From NCBI GenBank assembly GCA_051362555.1, contig CM120646.1, positions 8,246,001-8,310,000 on the forward strand: a stretch of 64,000 bases of DNA, given 5' to 3'. Shown here one piece after another: positions 1 to 12,617 of the stretch (position 1 is the first letter of the stretch; the number at the start of each line of letters is the position of its first letter). Origin of the DNA: Lingula anatina (lineage: Eukaryota; Animalia; Brachiopoda). A program made the position numbers and the translations under genes. A model generated the notes under the pieces. The model worked only from the letters and a program-made list of their open reading frames with translations. It searched no databases and was not told the origin of the DNA.

Positions 1-704
1 GATTTACGTCTCGTTAAATTTACGTTCCGATAGATCCACCAACAGATTCCTATAAACCCACGTATCTTTAGATCCAGGTACCGCTAGATCCATCTATCTG
101 ACATCGTAATCGGCTAAAAGGCCCATATCAACTTGCGTTGTGAAATTTAGAACACATTTTTATGTTCTTTTTTGTTTTGTTTTGTTAAGAACACATTTAC
201 ATGTAAATTCAGAATACTTTTTACGTGTTCGAATGTTGCATTTTGAGAACGCTTTAAACAGTGTTCTGACGCTAGAACAGTAATTAAGCGTTGTGAAATA
301 TAGAACACACTTTTGTTCTTTTTATGTTCTTTCACTGAGTATTGTGTGAAAACGATCTAGTAGAATAATATATTGCTGACTGCGTACTGCCGTTTTAAAG
401 AAGTGCATTTTATGTACTGAGTAGTATACCAACCATTTCGAGCAATAGTGTACCTGTAATGGATCTATCGGTATTTGGATCTAAAAATACGTGGATCTAT
501 AGGTATGCGGATTTAAAGGACGTGGGTTTATGAGGACGTCATATCTATAGGAACGCAAATATATATGACAGCAGAAAAAAATCGGATCTATCGGTATTTA
601 AATCTAAAAAGACGTTTTTTCCGTTTTTCCTTTATGTATCTATCGGTAACGGGAGTATAGGGACGTGTAATATTTTGGGACTAAATTTTATCCGTACGTA
701 CCCC
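1..704. mobile_element. Foldback/MITE-like element with inverted arms of short degenerate repeats; left end cut by the window
   Basis: CCGATAGATCCA and CCTATAAACCCACGTATCTTTAGATCC (1-100) are reverse complements of TGGATCTATCGG and GGATTTAAAGGACGTGGGTTTATGAGG (460-660). The right arm ends ...CCGTACGTACCCC at 704. An internal ~45-bp direct duplication lies at ~133-178 and ~287-330. Confidence 0.55.
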
Positions 705-3700
705 TGTGAAGAGGGCCATGGTCATCATACCATACCATATCTAATTGAGAAGGTATGTTCTATAAAACAATGACCAAACTTGACTGGAAATGCTTCTTTG
801 ATGACATTTTTTATTATCTGACTATTGAAGCAAACTTTGTAATTTTTGTTTATTACAGTAACAGTTGCCAGCAAACATTGCATTACATTGTACTTCTGTA
901 AACAAGTAAACAAATAATACATAATTAATAAATATTCATTTTTCTTATTATGTATAGTCTCCCATGTTTTTTTCTTTCCATCACTGAATGGTGAACGGTA
1001 TGACAAATACCAACAAAAATTTTAAACAGTCAGCAAGAATATCTCACAGCCATTTCACCAGGTTTATGTTCAAAATGTTTTATGCGTGCCACTCTACAAT
1101 TTTACATATAAAAAAATCACTTTGAAAAAGAACCAGTTTTAGACATAAATCCATGAGATTTCCATTCTTAGTATTTCTTAATTGTATATTAATTATTTTT
1201 TCTGTATTCACTTTAACAAAGCTCCTGTATTGCTTTTGTGTGCATGTGGAATAAAAGTTTCCTTTTGTTTTTCAAGATTGTTTTGTATAAGTTTTATAAT
1301 ACATTACATCAGATCATCCATTCCACAATACAGCATTTATCTTAATTAGCACCTGTAGCACTGAGAGCTACACACCACAGTAAAACACACTGGTAGATAT
1401 AAACTGTTTACCATCTATATACTATCAGTCATGTAAAGACTATATGATGATCCTTCGTAGCATAGTCAGAATTTAAAATTATGTTCACCCAAGAGCCAAC
1501 TAAAAAATGAAATACTTAAGATAATGCCTAAGACTTCATAACTCCGATGTTAAACAATCAGGGGCCTAGTCTAAAAAGTTCAAATTTGTTGACAAATTTT
1601 CCATTTTCAGGAAAAGTCTCTTGGAACCAGACTCTGATCACCTGGTGATGTCAACTGGTCTCTGCTCAGTCTAAGTTGGTCCTGAGGTGAACAAATAATG
1701 CATTAAACAACTGACAGCTCAGAATGATCATTTCAGCTATGATGACACATTTCTCTATAAATGAATTAACAACCTACAACTTTAAAACAATCAAACTGAT
1801 AACATTTGTTGTTCTGCTGTTGCCGTATTGATATTTCTTAGCTTGCAAAAATCAGTTTCAGAAAACTACCATGGATACCATGAACAATGGTAATTCTATC
1901 ACTTATGTTGCTTTAAATCCAATTTATCAACTTGAAATAAAAAAAATAAATAAAAATATGTGTGCACTTTTACCCTCACCCTCTTCTTCCAACAATTTCA
2001 CTGTGAACTTATATGTACATTTTGGCCATTCCTCATGGTAACCTCAAGCAACTTGTGTAATATGATATTGCTTTAAGTAGAATTTCGCACTTGGAAAGTT
2101 TGCCACAACTCAGCATTTTACATAAATTGAACTACAAAAAAAAGTAAATAAAGCCTTTTCTCTCACAGTTTAGTGCAAGCATATCCAACTGCTAACACAT
2201 GGATTTAGAAACTCCAGGAAAAGTGCACCACCTTCCCCCAAGATTAAGAGGGGCAATTTAAGGGCATTAGCATTTTTGTGGGCCTTTTGTGGCATTTTTA
2301 ACCCCCCCAGCCCCCACCCCAAATAAGCATGATTAGATTAACAATGGGTAGGTCCTGGAAGCAACAACAATAGCAGACTGAGAAAAAGTTATCATTTGCC
2401 TACATATAAACATATGCTTTATCCATACTCAGCTAGCCTATTCTGGAACAACACAACCTAAATGGTAAGATAATTATCTTGAAATATCTGCTTTCAAAAA
2501 TTTCAATTCAGATTTCAAGGTCAGTCGTAACTCTTCCCCACAATTCCACTGATTACTATTAATATTATCTGATAAACTTACTAGTAGTTGTAGTATACAA
2601 AAACATGCATAATCACAATATGTCTAGCCACTAAATATCGAAATGCTTTTAAAAGATCACAATTATCATATATTAAATAATCTATTAATAAATAAACCTA
2701 ATTATTTTTCCTGAAATAGTTTTTTTGTACATATTTGACTATCATAATGAATAAAGAGATAAGGAAAAATTACAACATTTCTCATACTTTTTAGTAACAG
2801 TATAACTTATGTACAGAAACTTATCACATCTACGAGTGTATACTTTGTGTAATAGACAAAACTGAGATTCAAAACTTACTTCAGAATTCAAGTATGATGG
2901 TTCTGGGCCCAAATACATATCCTTTAAAAATAGGATAGTTGAGTTTCTAGAAATCTGAATAAGAAGATACAAACTTTGCAGAAGAGAAAATCTTATAAAT
3001 AAAAAGAAAAAGAAAAAAAGGTTTTATAAAATGAACAAAGCTTAACGTTTCTAACTATTACACAAACTTTCTATCATAGAGCTATGAACTTCCACTTTCG
3101 TAATTCTATCTTAATATTGTGATATTACAGTACATTAAGTTCTACATGTAACTCTCCTTAATTACATGGGAATTCTCTACTGAATTATATGTGCCGAAGG
3201 AAGAATACAATTACTTAACTTTCATTTTAATCACTAGCACTTTAGTTTTAGAGCACATTTTCAGTCTTGTTTCATCTGAATAATATTTTGATATGTTACA
3301 TAATTAATATAAGTTATTCACACTTTAAACAGCACCAAGTAAAGCAACACTAAAAAAAAGCTGAGATCAAAATAATACTCAGAGAAAAGCAACTAATAAA
3401 CTATTAAACAAACAAAACAAATGAAAATTGGCAGATCATAAAAACATGATTGTTCCATCACTTCCCTTTTTAAATGTTATTTAATTAATGTCCACAATTT
3501 CTCAACAAAATATCCAATCAGCATATAACTGCAAGCTTTAAACCCCTGAGCTCACAATCAACTTATTTCATTAGTGAGCATTTTGGTTAGGTGAGCAAAA
3601 CGTAAGTTTTATATCCCCAACAGTACTGCCTTTCCATTGAAAATATTAAAAACCACTTCAACGTTTGCTCAAGTGAATACAACACATAGCTCCCATAGTT

Positions 3701-5107
3701 TCTTTTAAAGACAACTCTTAATCAGTTATCTTTTCTGACTTCGTATGTAAATAACTTAAAGACAAAATATATAATCTATCATAACAAGCTAAATATGCTA
3801 CACTCAACATATGTACAGGGAAAAATAACTTTTTTTTTTCCTTTTGTTAGTTTTGGAAATAGAACCAGCTATATTCCATGACAATGCTAATATAAACATA
3901 TTGTAACAACAGGGCTGAAATATTTACCAAAAATGGAAACAGATAAGCTGCAAAAAAAAAAAAAAAAAAAAAAAACATTACAGGTGGTTAACAATTCTAT
4001 CTACACTGTCTATACATACATATACAAATTACTAAAATAAAACATATAAAAAAATTTTATTGGACAACTGTCAATTAAATTCCACAGGCCATCACTTCTT
4101 TTGCCAAGTAACATTTCTTTGCTTTTTAAATCTTCGCTTTCAAAATCTAATGTCTCTTTCTTGTTTATAATTTTTCTTTACAGTTTCAAACTTCTTTAAC
4201 TGATCTGTTGTTCTTTTGACAACAGTGCAACTAAATATTTTGCTCACAATAGAAACACACAAATTGCACCTCTCACAATTATAATTTACAATGTGTTTTT
4301 CCTAGACAAACATTTCATTTTTATCACTGAAAGTTTAGTGGAAATGTTGAATGTCTCCTTTGATATTTACATGGTTCTTACACAATTACATTCATTTACA
4401 ACATTGTTACAATCATAAACTTACAGCAGTTGAAAGGATAATTTTATTTAGTAACTGTAAGTAAAACTTCATCATAATTCCTGTGATGACCGAGTGAAAT
4501 GCTCCTTTTGGCAAGATAAACATCTCCCGTTCAGAGCACAGCTGAGTCTTCATTAAAAATTTAAAGATTGTTTCATCACCACTGATTTAGAAATCAAAAC
4601 TTTGCCAAATAATTAAAATTTCAGAGATGATAATTGCATTTTTCAGTAGGATTAAGCAAAATCAAAATCAGTTTTCTGTCTGCTTAAATCTACTCTTAAT
4701 TCAAATTTGACATCAAATAACAACAGGAATAGATCTGGATAAACAATTGCTTTTTTTAAACCTTCAAAATCAGTATGCGACCAAAAAGTATCCAAACATC
4801 TACTGCAGGTGTATTAAATTCTAAACACTAGTCTTTAAACAACAGCATACCATTTTGTATAGTTTGATGCCTGCATAACTGACATCCATAGTAAATATTG
4901 TTATAAATGTACTGATTAACAACTCTTTCGTTCCCTATCCTACAACTAAAACCAGATGGTAACAACGTACTTCTTCTTTCCTTACCCTAAATAATGAAAA
5001 AAGAAGCTAGTAGCTAGCTACACATGCACTTTTTTCATCCCAAATCAAAAATGGCAATAAAAGCATAATCATTTCAGAATCATTTGAAAACCAAGATGAC
5101 TGCTATC

Positions 5108-8100
5108 TCACTTGACTGCCTGTTGCGCCTGTGGGTTGTTGACCTGGCCGTTGGCAGACTGGAGTTGTATTGGGATGTATGTATGATGCACTAAGCCTGC
5201 TGGGAGAGAGGCCTGAACTGCACCCAGTGACCCCACTGTTACCTGGTTCTGTACAATCCTGGTAGGAAAGAGAGACTTGGTCTGGGATTGCGTGGAATGG
5301 GGTGAGGATTGTGTCGGTACCAACTGCAGCTTGGGTGACGGCATTGTAGGGGTCACCGGTGTCAGTGGAGAGGGCAAAGATACAGGGCTTGGGGAGGAGA
5401 ATTTTGTCGGAGAAATCGGTGAAGATGTGGTCGTTTGAATGTTGAGAAGTTCTGTGGTAGGGTGCTGATGTAGTGCATGGTTTCTCAGGCCTTGTGCTGT
5501 TTTATAATTCTTCCCACACCTGCACTTAAAAGGCTTTTTTACTCTGAAAAAAAATAAAAAATAAAAAACGGCATATTTAGAACTAAAACTTATTCAGAGA
5601 TTCATTTTTTTACAGATTCATTTTTTTCTATCATACACATCATTTCAAATCCTGTAAACTAAAAAAATTTTTTTTACTCCACTTAAAAAAACATATTATG
5701 CATTTTCAGGTTAAATACTTAAAATTCTGTACACTCAAAATTTCATGAATACTAGTGCCTTTAACACCATTCTTATTTAAAGCATGTTAAAGTCTTAAGT
5801 GTCATAATGTTAAGCTTCAGGACTAATCAGCACCTCATTTCTTTCCTGTGTCCATGTCTGGCATGATACTTGATACCATTGACATTCTTATACCTCTTTT
5901 TACAACCAGGTACTGGGCATGCAAATGGCTTTTCGTTGTCAATGTTGTCCTTTAAATTGTTCAAACTGAAAAAAAAAATTATTTGGCTATTTTACATGTG
6001 CAAACAGTAGGCCATTTTAACTAATTCTGAACACCTCACTAATTCTTTACTTTTTAAAAAGATTTATTAAATTCACTTGAGCACAAAATACAAACAAAAT
6101 AATAACTTTCAAACTACAACCCTGCTTTATTGTTCGATTAATCCAGTATTTTAATTTAACAACATAAATTTTCATTGTAACAATATAACCAAGTAATTAC
6201 TTATACTGAATACTTTATTAGTTTTTACTTATAAACTTGCTAATAACATCAATCATCATGCTTAAGTATATACAGTAACTGTGAAAATTTAGGTAGAAAG
6301 AGAGTAAGTAAATGTAATTGAATATAGAGTATTGCTGTTCAAAATAATCAAAATAAATCTCTTCAAATGTAGAGGAATAAAAAAATCATTGTACCCGTTA
6401 TTTTTGTGGTATCTCATGATAAACTCTGTGGTAAACTCGTCTGAGGTAGTCCAGGAATCATCGCTGTCTTCATCTTCACTGAGCATTTCATCTTCATCAA
6501 ATTCACTCCCTGAAATCGCAGCAGAAGAATTGACATTTTTGAACTTTTTTTCACAGTCGGGTGTAGAAAATATGTGCTACAGATTCTTGCAAACGGACTT
6601 TGTCCAAATTTACATGCAGAGGATTAATTCATGGAGGCAGATTAATTGGGGAATTGTTATTCACCCATTATATACTTCTAAATTATAACCATCCAAATAT
6701 GTTTTTAAACTGTTGTTCCACCTGTGGGTGTGAGACTCCTGATGGCAACTGATGGTGACTGGACACGCTGCTGTAACTGTTTCTTTCTCTGAAGATCTTG
6801 CACTGGCTCCCTCTTTATTCCTTCTGTGTAAAACCTGTGTTGAAAACAATATTTACATTACACATTTTTTCTCTCAGACTATGTTGTTTTGTGTTTTTGG
6901 TTGTTTAATTGTTTGTGTTTTTTTTTTAGTTCATGTTGCTATGATTTTTTTAGGTGTAAAGCACTTCTGTCTAATTATTTTATCACAAAAATTTGGTTTG
7001 TCTATATTCTTTAAAACTGCAAAAATATTCAAATCATGTCAAAAACAAATAACTGACTTAAAGATGATAATAATTTTAAAAACATACTGTATCAAGGTAA
7101 AACATATACAGTAAAAAATAATTACTTCAGAAAAAAAGCAAGAAAAGGTCTAGTTAGACATGTCTGCACCTTCTCTCTCTCTCTCTCTTTACACATACAC
7201 TTGCACACACACACACACACGCACATACAGAGAGAGAGAAAGAGAGAGAGAGAGAGACTGCTTACCTTAAAACATAACTTAGAGCAATGGCGGGTGGTTG
7301 CTGTATTTCTTGCTTTTCTACAAATCTTGGGTCTGTGTCTAGAGAGAAAGGAAAGATACATTTATTATACAAATAACTCTTCAACATTTTAGGGTGGGAA
7401 AATGTCAAGCACTTATAGAGTCAACACATATAAAAACAAGTTGTAGAACCTCAGTGCATTACCCAACTAATATACAGATGGTGCTGTTAATACTGGAAGT
7501 TAAGGCAATTAGTGACTGCCACTGCTGTTGCAAATTAATATGTGTGCCGTGATAATTTAATACCAACTAAATACAGCTATTCCTTATACAGTAATCAGTG
7601 TCTGGAGTCTGAAGAGATATCATCTTGTATGAAGACTGCCAGAGGTGATGACCCCTACTTTCCAGAGTAATCATCACAATGACATTTATAGATAAAACGT
7701 GTAGCTTTATGTAACCAACTTATATTTACAGATTGCTTTCAAGGAAGTCATGTTCATGGTGAAGTTGGGTTAAACCTTTCTAGTTGTGGTCTGTCCATCT
7801 TATTAAATAATGTAACTTTAGAATAACCCAGTCATACCCAGTTTTGAACTTTACATGCATTTTAAACCAGCAATAACCTAGCTGTGCAGGATTTACTACT
7901 AAGGGGATTACCATTTTGATGATACAGAGTACAAGAAGCCAAAATCCCTACCCACTATCATTGCTATTGATGCAAAGTATATGTTTATATCGAACGCCTT
8001 CATCTGAGGTGTATCATATACCATAGAAGGTCAACCCAACAGACCGGACACACAAATCTGAAATGACCACTTGAAAATGACATTTAATACATGTATCATC

Positions 8101-11100
8101 TCTTCATGGCCATTATAATTCACTCTACGTTATTCTTAACATCATTAGAAGTTATTAGGAGCTTAATCTCTCTTAGTGATTATCTTCCTTATTGAAATTC
8201 CATCAGCTTTACCACATGATGTACTTGTGGGAGTTCACTTTAGCTGTTCTTTTTTTTAACCACTTATTACATGGCATGTGAGACTGGTTCTTCATCAGCC
8301 TCTATTAATTGTAAACTCACAAGAAGGCTCATTATTCATTTAACCTGCATTTAACTTCCTAGTTGAAAATTATACTATAACTGTTCTAAAGATAAAAAAA
8401 CAAAATGTGTCTGCCTATTATATGTCAACAAGCTATGATTTAGAATTTCTGACCATCATAGGCCACATTCAGAAAAGATGATACACAGACTATATAACTG
8501 CATGGTCCGTGGATCAAATGTGGACGGCCCCAAATATTGATAGATGAAGACATATGATTGGTAGGTGGGTTTGGTAGGTGGAGACATGATTAGAGGATTA
8601 TTCAGCTTCACTTTTAAGAAGAATGGGCCATTTTTGATATGCAGACCAATTAGTCCACGGATCATATCTCTTCTTTCACAATGAATCTATCATACTAGCT
8701 AGTTGGCACTCACTCTGTGGGGACTCTCACCGAATGCAATCAGATAAACCCACATGATGCAAATGGTGGATGTCTGAGTGAATCCCAGAATGAAAAGATG
8801 AGAGCCAAAACATGACAAAAATGTTAGTTGTAGGAAAATAATACACATTTTATGAGTCAAGGCTAACAATGGACATATTTCAGTCAGACTATCACTTTGT
8901 GACCCAAATAACCATCTGTTAAACTGCACTATACTGATATCTATATGACAGAGAAGCAAAGAAAATCAATACAAAGTGATTTACTAAGGTCTAGCTGTAA
9001 AACCATCCTAGCCTGCCTTGCTAAATATTCCTCTCAATCAATAATGATTCAATAACAGACAGCAAATCTATATGGGCAACTTAATTGATATTTGCAAGTA
9101 TAGGTGTAAATCCTATGCTCTGCTGGAAATCTTATACAGCCTAATCTGTGTCTTCCTTCACAGATATGCTTATGCATTCAATGCCACTTTTACAAGAACA
9201 GCTTCAGTCTAATATTCTTAAGAAGATCTTGCTTGTAATTAAAAGTCAAGCCATACAGAGGAGTCCTGTGTTATTCTTTAATCAAGCCAACTATCTGCTC
9301 ATTATTAGTAAGACGACCAATTAACACAGGGATCAGATATTGAACAACCATAAATAAACTGCCTTGAGTTTCAGAGCTCACTACGGACTTTCCCAGTTCA
9401 GTATAATCTGGAACTTGATAATAATGTTCGTGTCAAGAACATTGCCTTCTCTCATCATTGGCTTTTTTATTATTAAGACAGCAACAGCCCTCATACCCAC
9501 CCTGGGGTTCAGAGGTCACTGGAGACTCCGTATTACCCAGAATATCCTCTGAAACTCAGGGTGACACAAACTGATATTCTTTCTGGATCAACTGTAAAAA
9601 CCATGCAGCATATGATTCAGCATATGTGACTCAACACTGGCGGGGGATATATGACAGTATCTACATGATAATAGTTATAATAAGTTAATTGCATACTAAC
9701 TGTTCAGATAAGGCTACTTAATACTGGCAAGTTCAATATGCTAGACAGATTTCTTAGTTACTAGTACTGTATTTTTACAGCACGAGTCAATTGTCACATT
9801 TACAACTGAAGTGTTTCAGGCACTAACAGGTTCTAATTAGCACCTATGTCACATCGTTTTAGTAAAATCAATAATCTAAGTTCTGCATTGACTCTTGTAC
9901 ATGTATATAGCATGCTAGTACAGCTATACTTGTGCACATACTAGTACTGGTATTTTCTTTACACCATGGATTAAAGGTATGCTCTTTGAAAACGTCCCTT
10001 ATAGTCATATAATTTATCAGTCAAAATATCCTAGAATGATTTCCATCTTTATCTTTCTAAATTTGGACCTTAAAAAACCATAAACTTCCTCAAATGAAAG
10101 CACCTGATGCTGATACTTTCTTCTGCTTTAGAGGGAAGACACTCAGATTAATGAAGATTCTGTCTTGGAAAATTTAGGTTTCACATCATTTGACAATTCT
10201 TAATTTTGCAGATCACATGAAAGTTATCTATTTACATTTCATAATTACAAATGTCCACCATCCAAGACAGACTATGTAGTCAATATTTGTGGGATTTGGT
10301 CAACAGTGTGGTCAAAATCATAAATCTGATAAGTTATTGAAATAAGCTTAGGACTTGTTAATATGTGGCTGATGTGTAAAGGTGGTTGGCTCATGTGTTA
10401 GCATTTTTTAAATCAACATAACATGATTCAAGGCTGGGCCACTGAGGGATATGTGTGTTTTGAAAGACTACCTTGATCTTATTTTCCTTTGAGGTACAAT
10501 CTAATTTAAATGGTCTTAGGATTTTCAATTTTGGGTGCACTGCCCACCAGGTGTGAACTATCTTTCTCTATTTCCTTCTAAGATGACTGTATTTCAGCAG
10601 CATGCAGTCATTGTCTCACTGGCCTTTGGGTCCAATAAGGACAGTTCTGGTGTGGAAAGGCTAAATTAAGCTTCAACGACATACATAACATGCTGAATGT
10701 ACATAAGGTTGTTGCCAGCTTGGTAATAATTTGCTTGTTTGGTGATTTCTCATATCATGCCCCAATTTAACCATTGTACCAAAACATTGTGATCAGATTT
10801 ACCCACTAAAGACATACCATGCAGTACTTTGTGATCCAGTCAACACAAAATTAAAACAGACAATAAAGAAAAGATATTCACAAAGGCAGCTAGAGTTAAT
10901 AAATTAACCATAGCTCATGGTGTCCACAATTAAAGCATTTTTGATAGCATCTATTACAAGCTCTCCATTACAGACTGACAAGATGTCTTTATCAGTTTTG
11001 GCACACAGTCAATCAAAGAATCTATGCCAATGGGATTTTACCAATATTTGCCAAGGAAAACTGATATTTGGACATGTCTTTCACCAGTTTGGCTTGTGAT

Positions 11101-11248
11101 ATTTTGATTGGATATAAATACATATTCCAGATGTCATTTTAGACTCATCTGGTCAAAAGAAGATTTAGAGAGGTTAGTTTGAGTCACGCACTTTGCAGAA
11201 AGGGTTTGCTTAGTCCTCTTAATTGGCACACAACCAATACATATATAT

Positions 11249-11297
<49 letters not shown>

Positions 11298-12075
11298 CTG
11301 CCCCTACCTTTCATATACTAATTTGCATTGGTAAATATTAAGTCAAAACTTTTATGAAACTGATTTGTGACCTGCAATTCTAGTGTTTCCACTATGTCAG
11401 TTTTAATTCCGTATAAAGTACATTTGCACTGAAGAAAGATACGGCCGATAAGGCCACTTGCATTCGTAGCTGAATCAAACATTTATCTTTCTCCCGAATG
11501 TATGTCAATCATTATTCTTGGAAAATATGAATAACGACCTTTGAACTACCCTTTTTGACATCGAAAATTTTTCTAAAGCCTTTCCATGCCCATAACAAAA
11601 GACAACTGCGTCTTTTATAATACCATCGCAAAAAGCATATTGTAAACAAATGCACGTGGTTTTAATGCGTGGGATTCCCCTCTTTTAATTTCTTCTGAAT
11701 TTTAAAAAATACCTCAGCTTGCAATAGTGCAAATTCAGATAAATGGCAAATCCTTTCAACTTCTATTAAGCATACCTGCATTTGGTAAAGAAATAAGTTG
11801 CAAGCGCCTTAAAACTTGCTCCTTTTCCTATGGGAATTCCCTGAGTGACGTCATCGCTCAGTCAGCTGTCAAACTATTATTATGATGTAAACAAAGGGAG
11901 TTTTTGCTTCCTGCTGTTTTCAGACACCACATATACTAACAAAAGTACATCTGTGATACATATAAACCATCATACCTATATGTGACTCTTCAATGTGCTG
12001 GATCAGATCACCCAAGGATGCAAAATTAAGCCCACAGTTCTTGAACTTACAGATATTCACCAAGAACACCGCCAT
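5108..12075 (-). CDS. JAZF1: JAZF1-family C2H2 zinc finger protein, 6 coding exons, 322 aa
   Basis: Exons 12075-11976, 7338-7266, 6834-6722, 6509-6395, 5965-5834, 5543-5108 (969 nt, GT-AG, frame continuous). Translation contains CKFKNCGLNFASLGDLIQHIEESHIDTDPR, GSEFDEDE..SDDSWTTS, EKPFACPVPGCKKRYKNVNGIKYHARHGH and KPFKCRCGKNYKTAQGLRNH, matching recalled vertebrate JAZF1 motifs. In-frame upstream ATGs exist, so the start could be a few codons earlier. Confidence 0.93.
7173..7258. repeat. Compound microsatellite (CT)n(CA)n(GA)n
   Basis: Directly visible, just downstream of the JAZF1 exon 2 donor. Confidence 0.9.
11240..11294. repeat. (TA)n microsatellite
   Basis: Directly visible. Confidence 0.9.
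11641..11894. promoter_or_regulatory. Putative intronic enhancer cluster (NF-kB x2, CRE, forkhead x2, E-box) in JAZF1 intron 1
   Basis: GGGATTCCCC 11671-11680, GGGAATTCCC 11832-11841, TGACGTCA 11846-11853, GTAAACAA 11642 and 11887, CACGTG 11653. Confidence 0.45.
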
Positions 12076-12617
12076 TTGCATTGACCTGGGAGTCTCGCTC
12101 CCGGGAATTTGCATACAGCTCCTACCGGAAATACACGAAGTGAGCCGAGTTTTTGTACAGTCTTAGAAAAGATTTCTGTGAATCAGCATATGATTCTGTG
12201 TGTTTGTGGTCAAAAGTATGATATATTTTTCTGAAGAGGAAACGATAAAGGTTATAAATTTCCAAGTTTTAGTAAAACTTCATTTTCCATTACGAGAGTT
12301 CATTTGCCGCCATCCCTCTAGTAACTATTGAGCATTATCACGCATGCGCACTTTGTAAACCAGTCAAGAGACACCGGCTCTGTGATGTAAGTAGTAAAAT
12401 TTCTTGCAAAAATCCTTCGCAATCTGACAGTAGATTTGGTCATCAGTGCTATATAATACACTCAAGTGTTTTCTTCTGTATAACTTTGCATGTTTTTTTG
12501 AATGACAATTTGTATTTTTAGGTCAATGTGAAGATTTGTCGACCACAATATTTGTTGTAACCTTGTAGCGTCGTCTCTTTTTCAGAGCACGGAAAGTTTT
12601 GTAGCCTGCAACCGACC
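12076..12617. promoter_or_regulatory. Bidirectional promoter between JAZF1 (-) and ATP synthase c (+), with a probable non-coding first exon of ATP synthase c
   Basis: Start codons about 540 bp apart. ETS-like CCGGAAAT ~12125, YY1-like GCCGCCATC ~12306, NRF1-like CGCATGCGCA 12341-12350. Donor GTAAGT at 12387 and acceptor TTTTTCAG ending 12585 upstream of the ATG. Confidence 0.6.
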
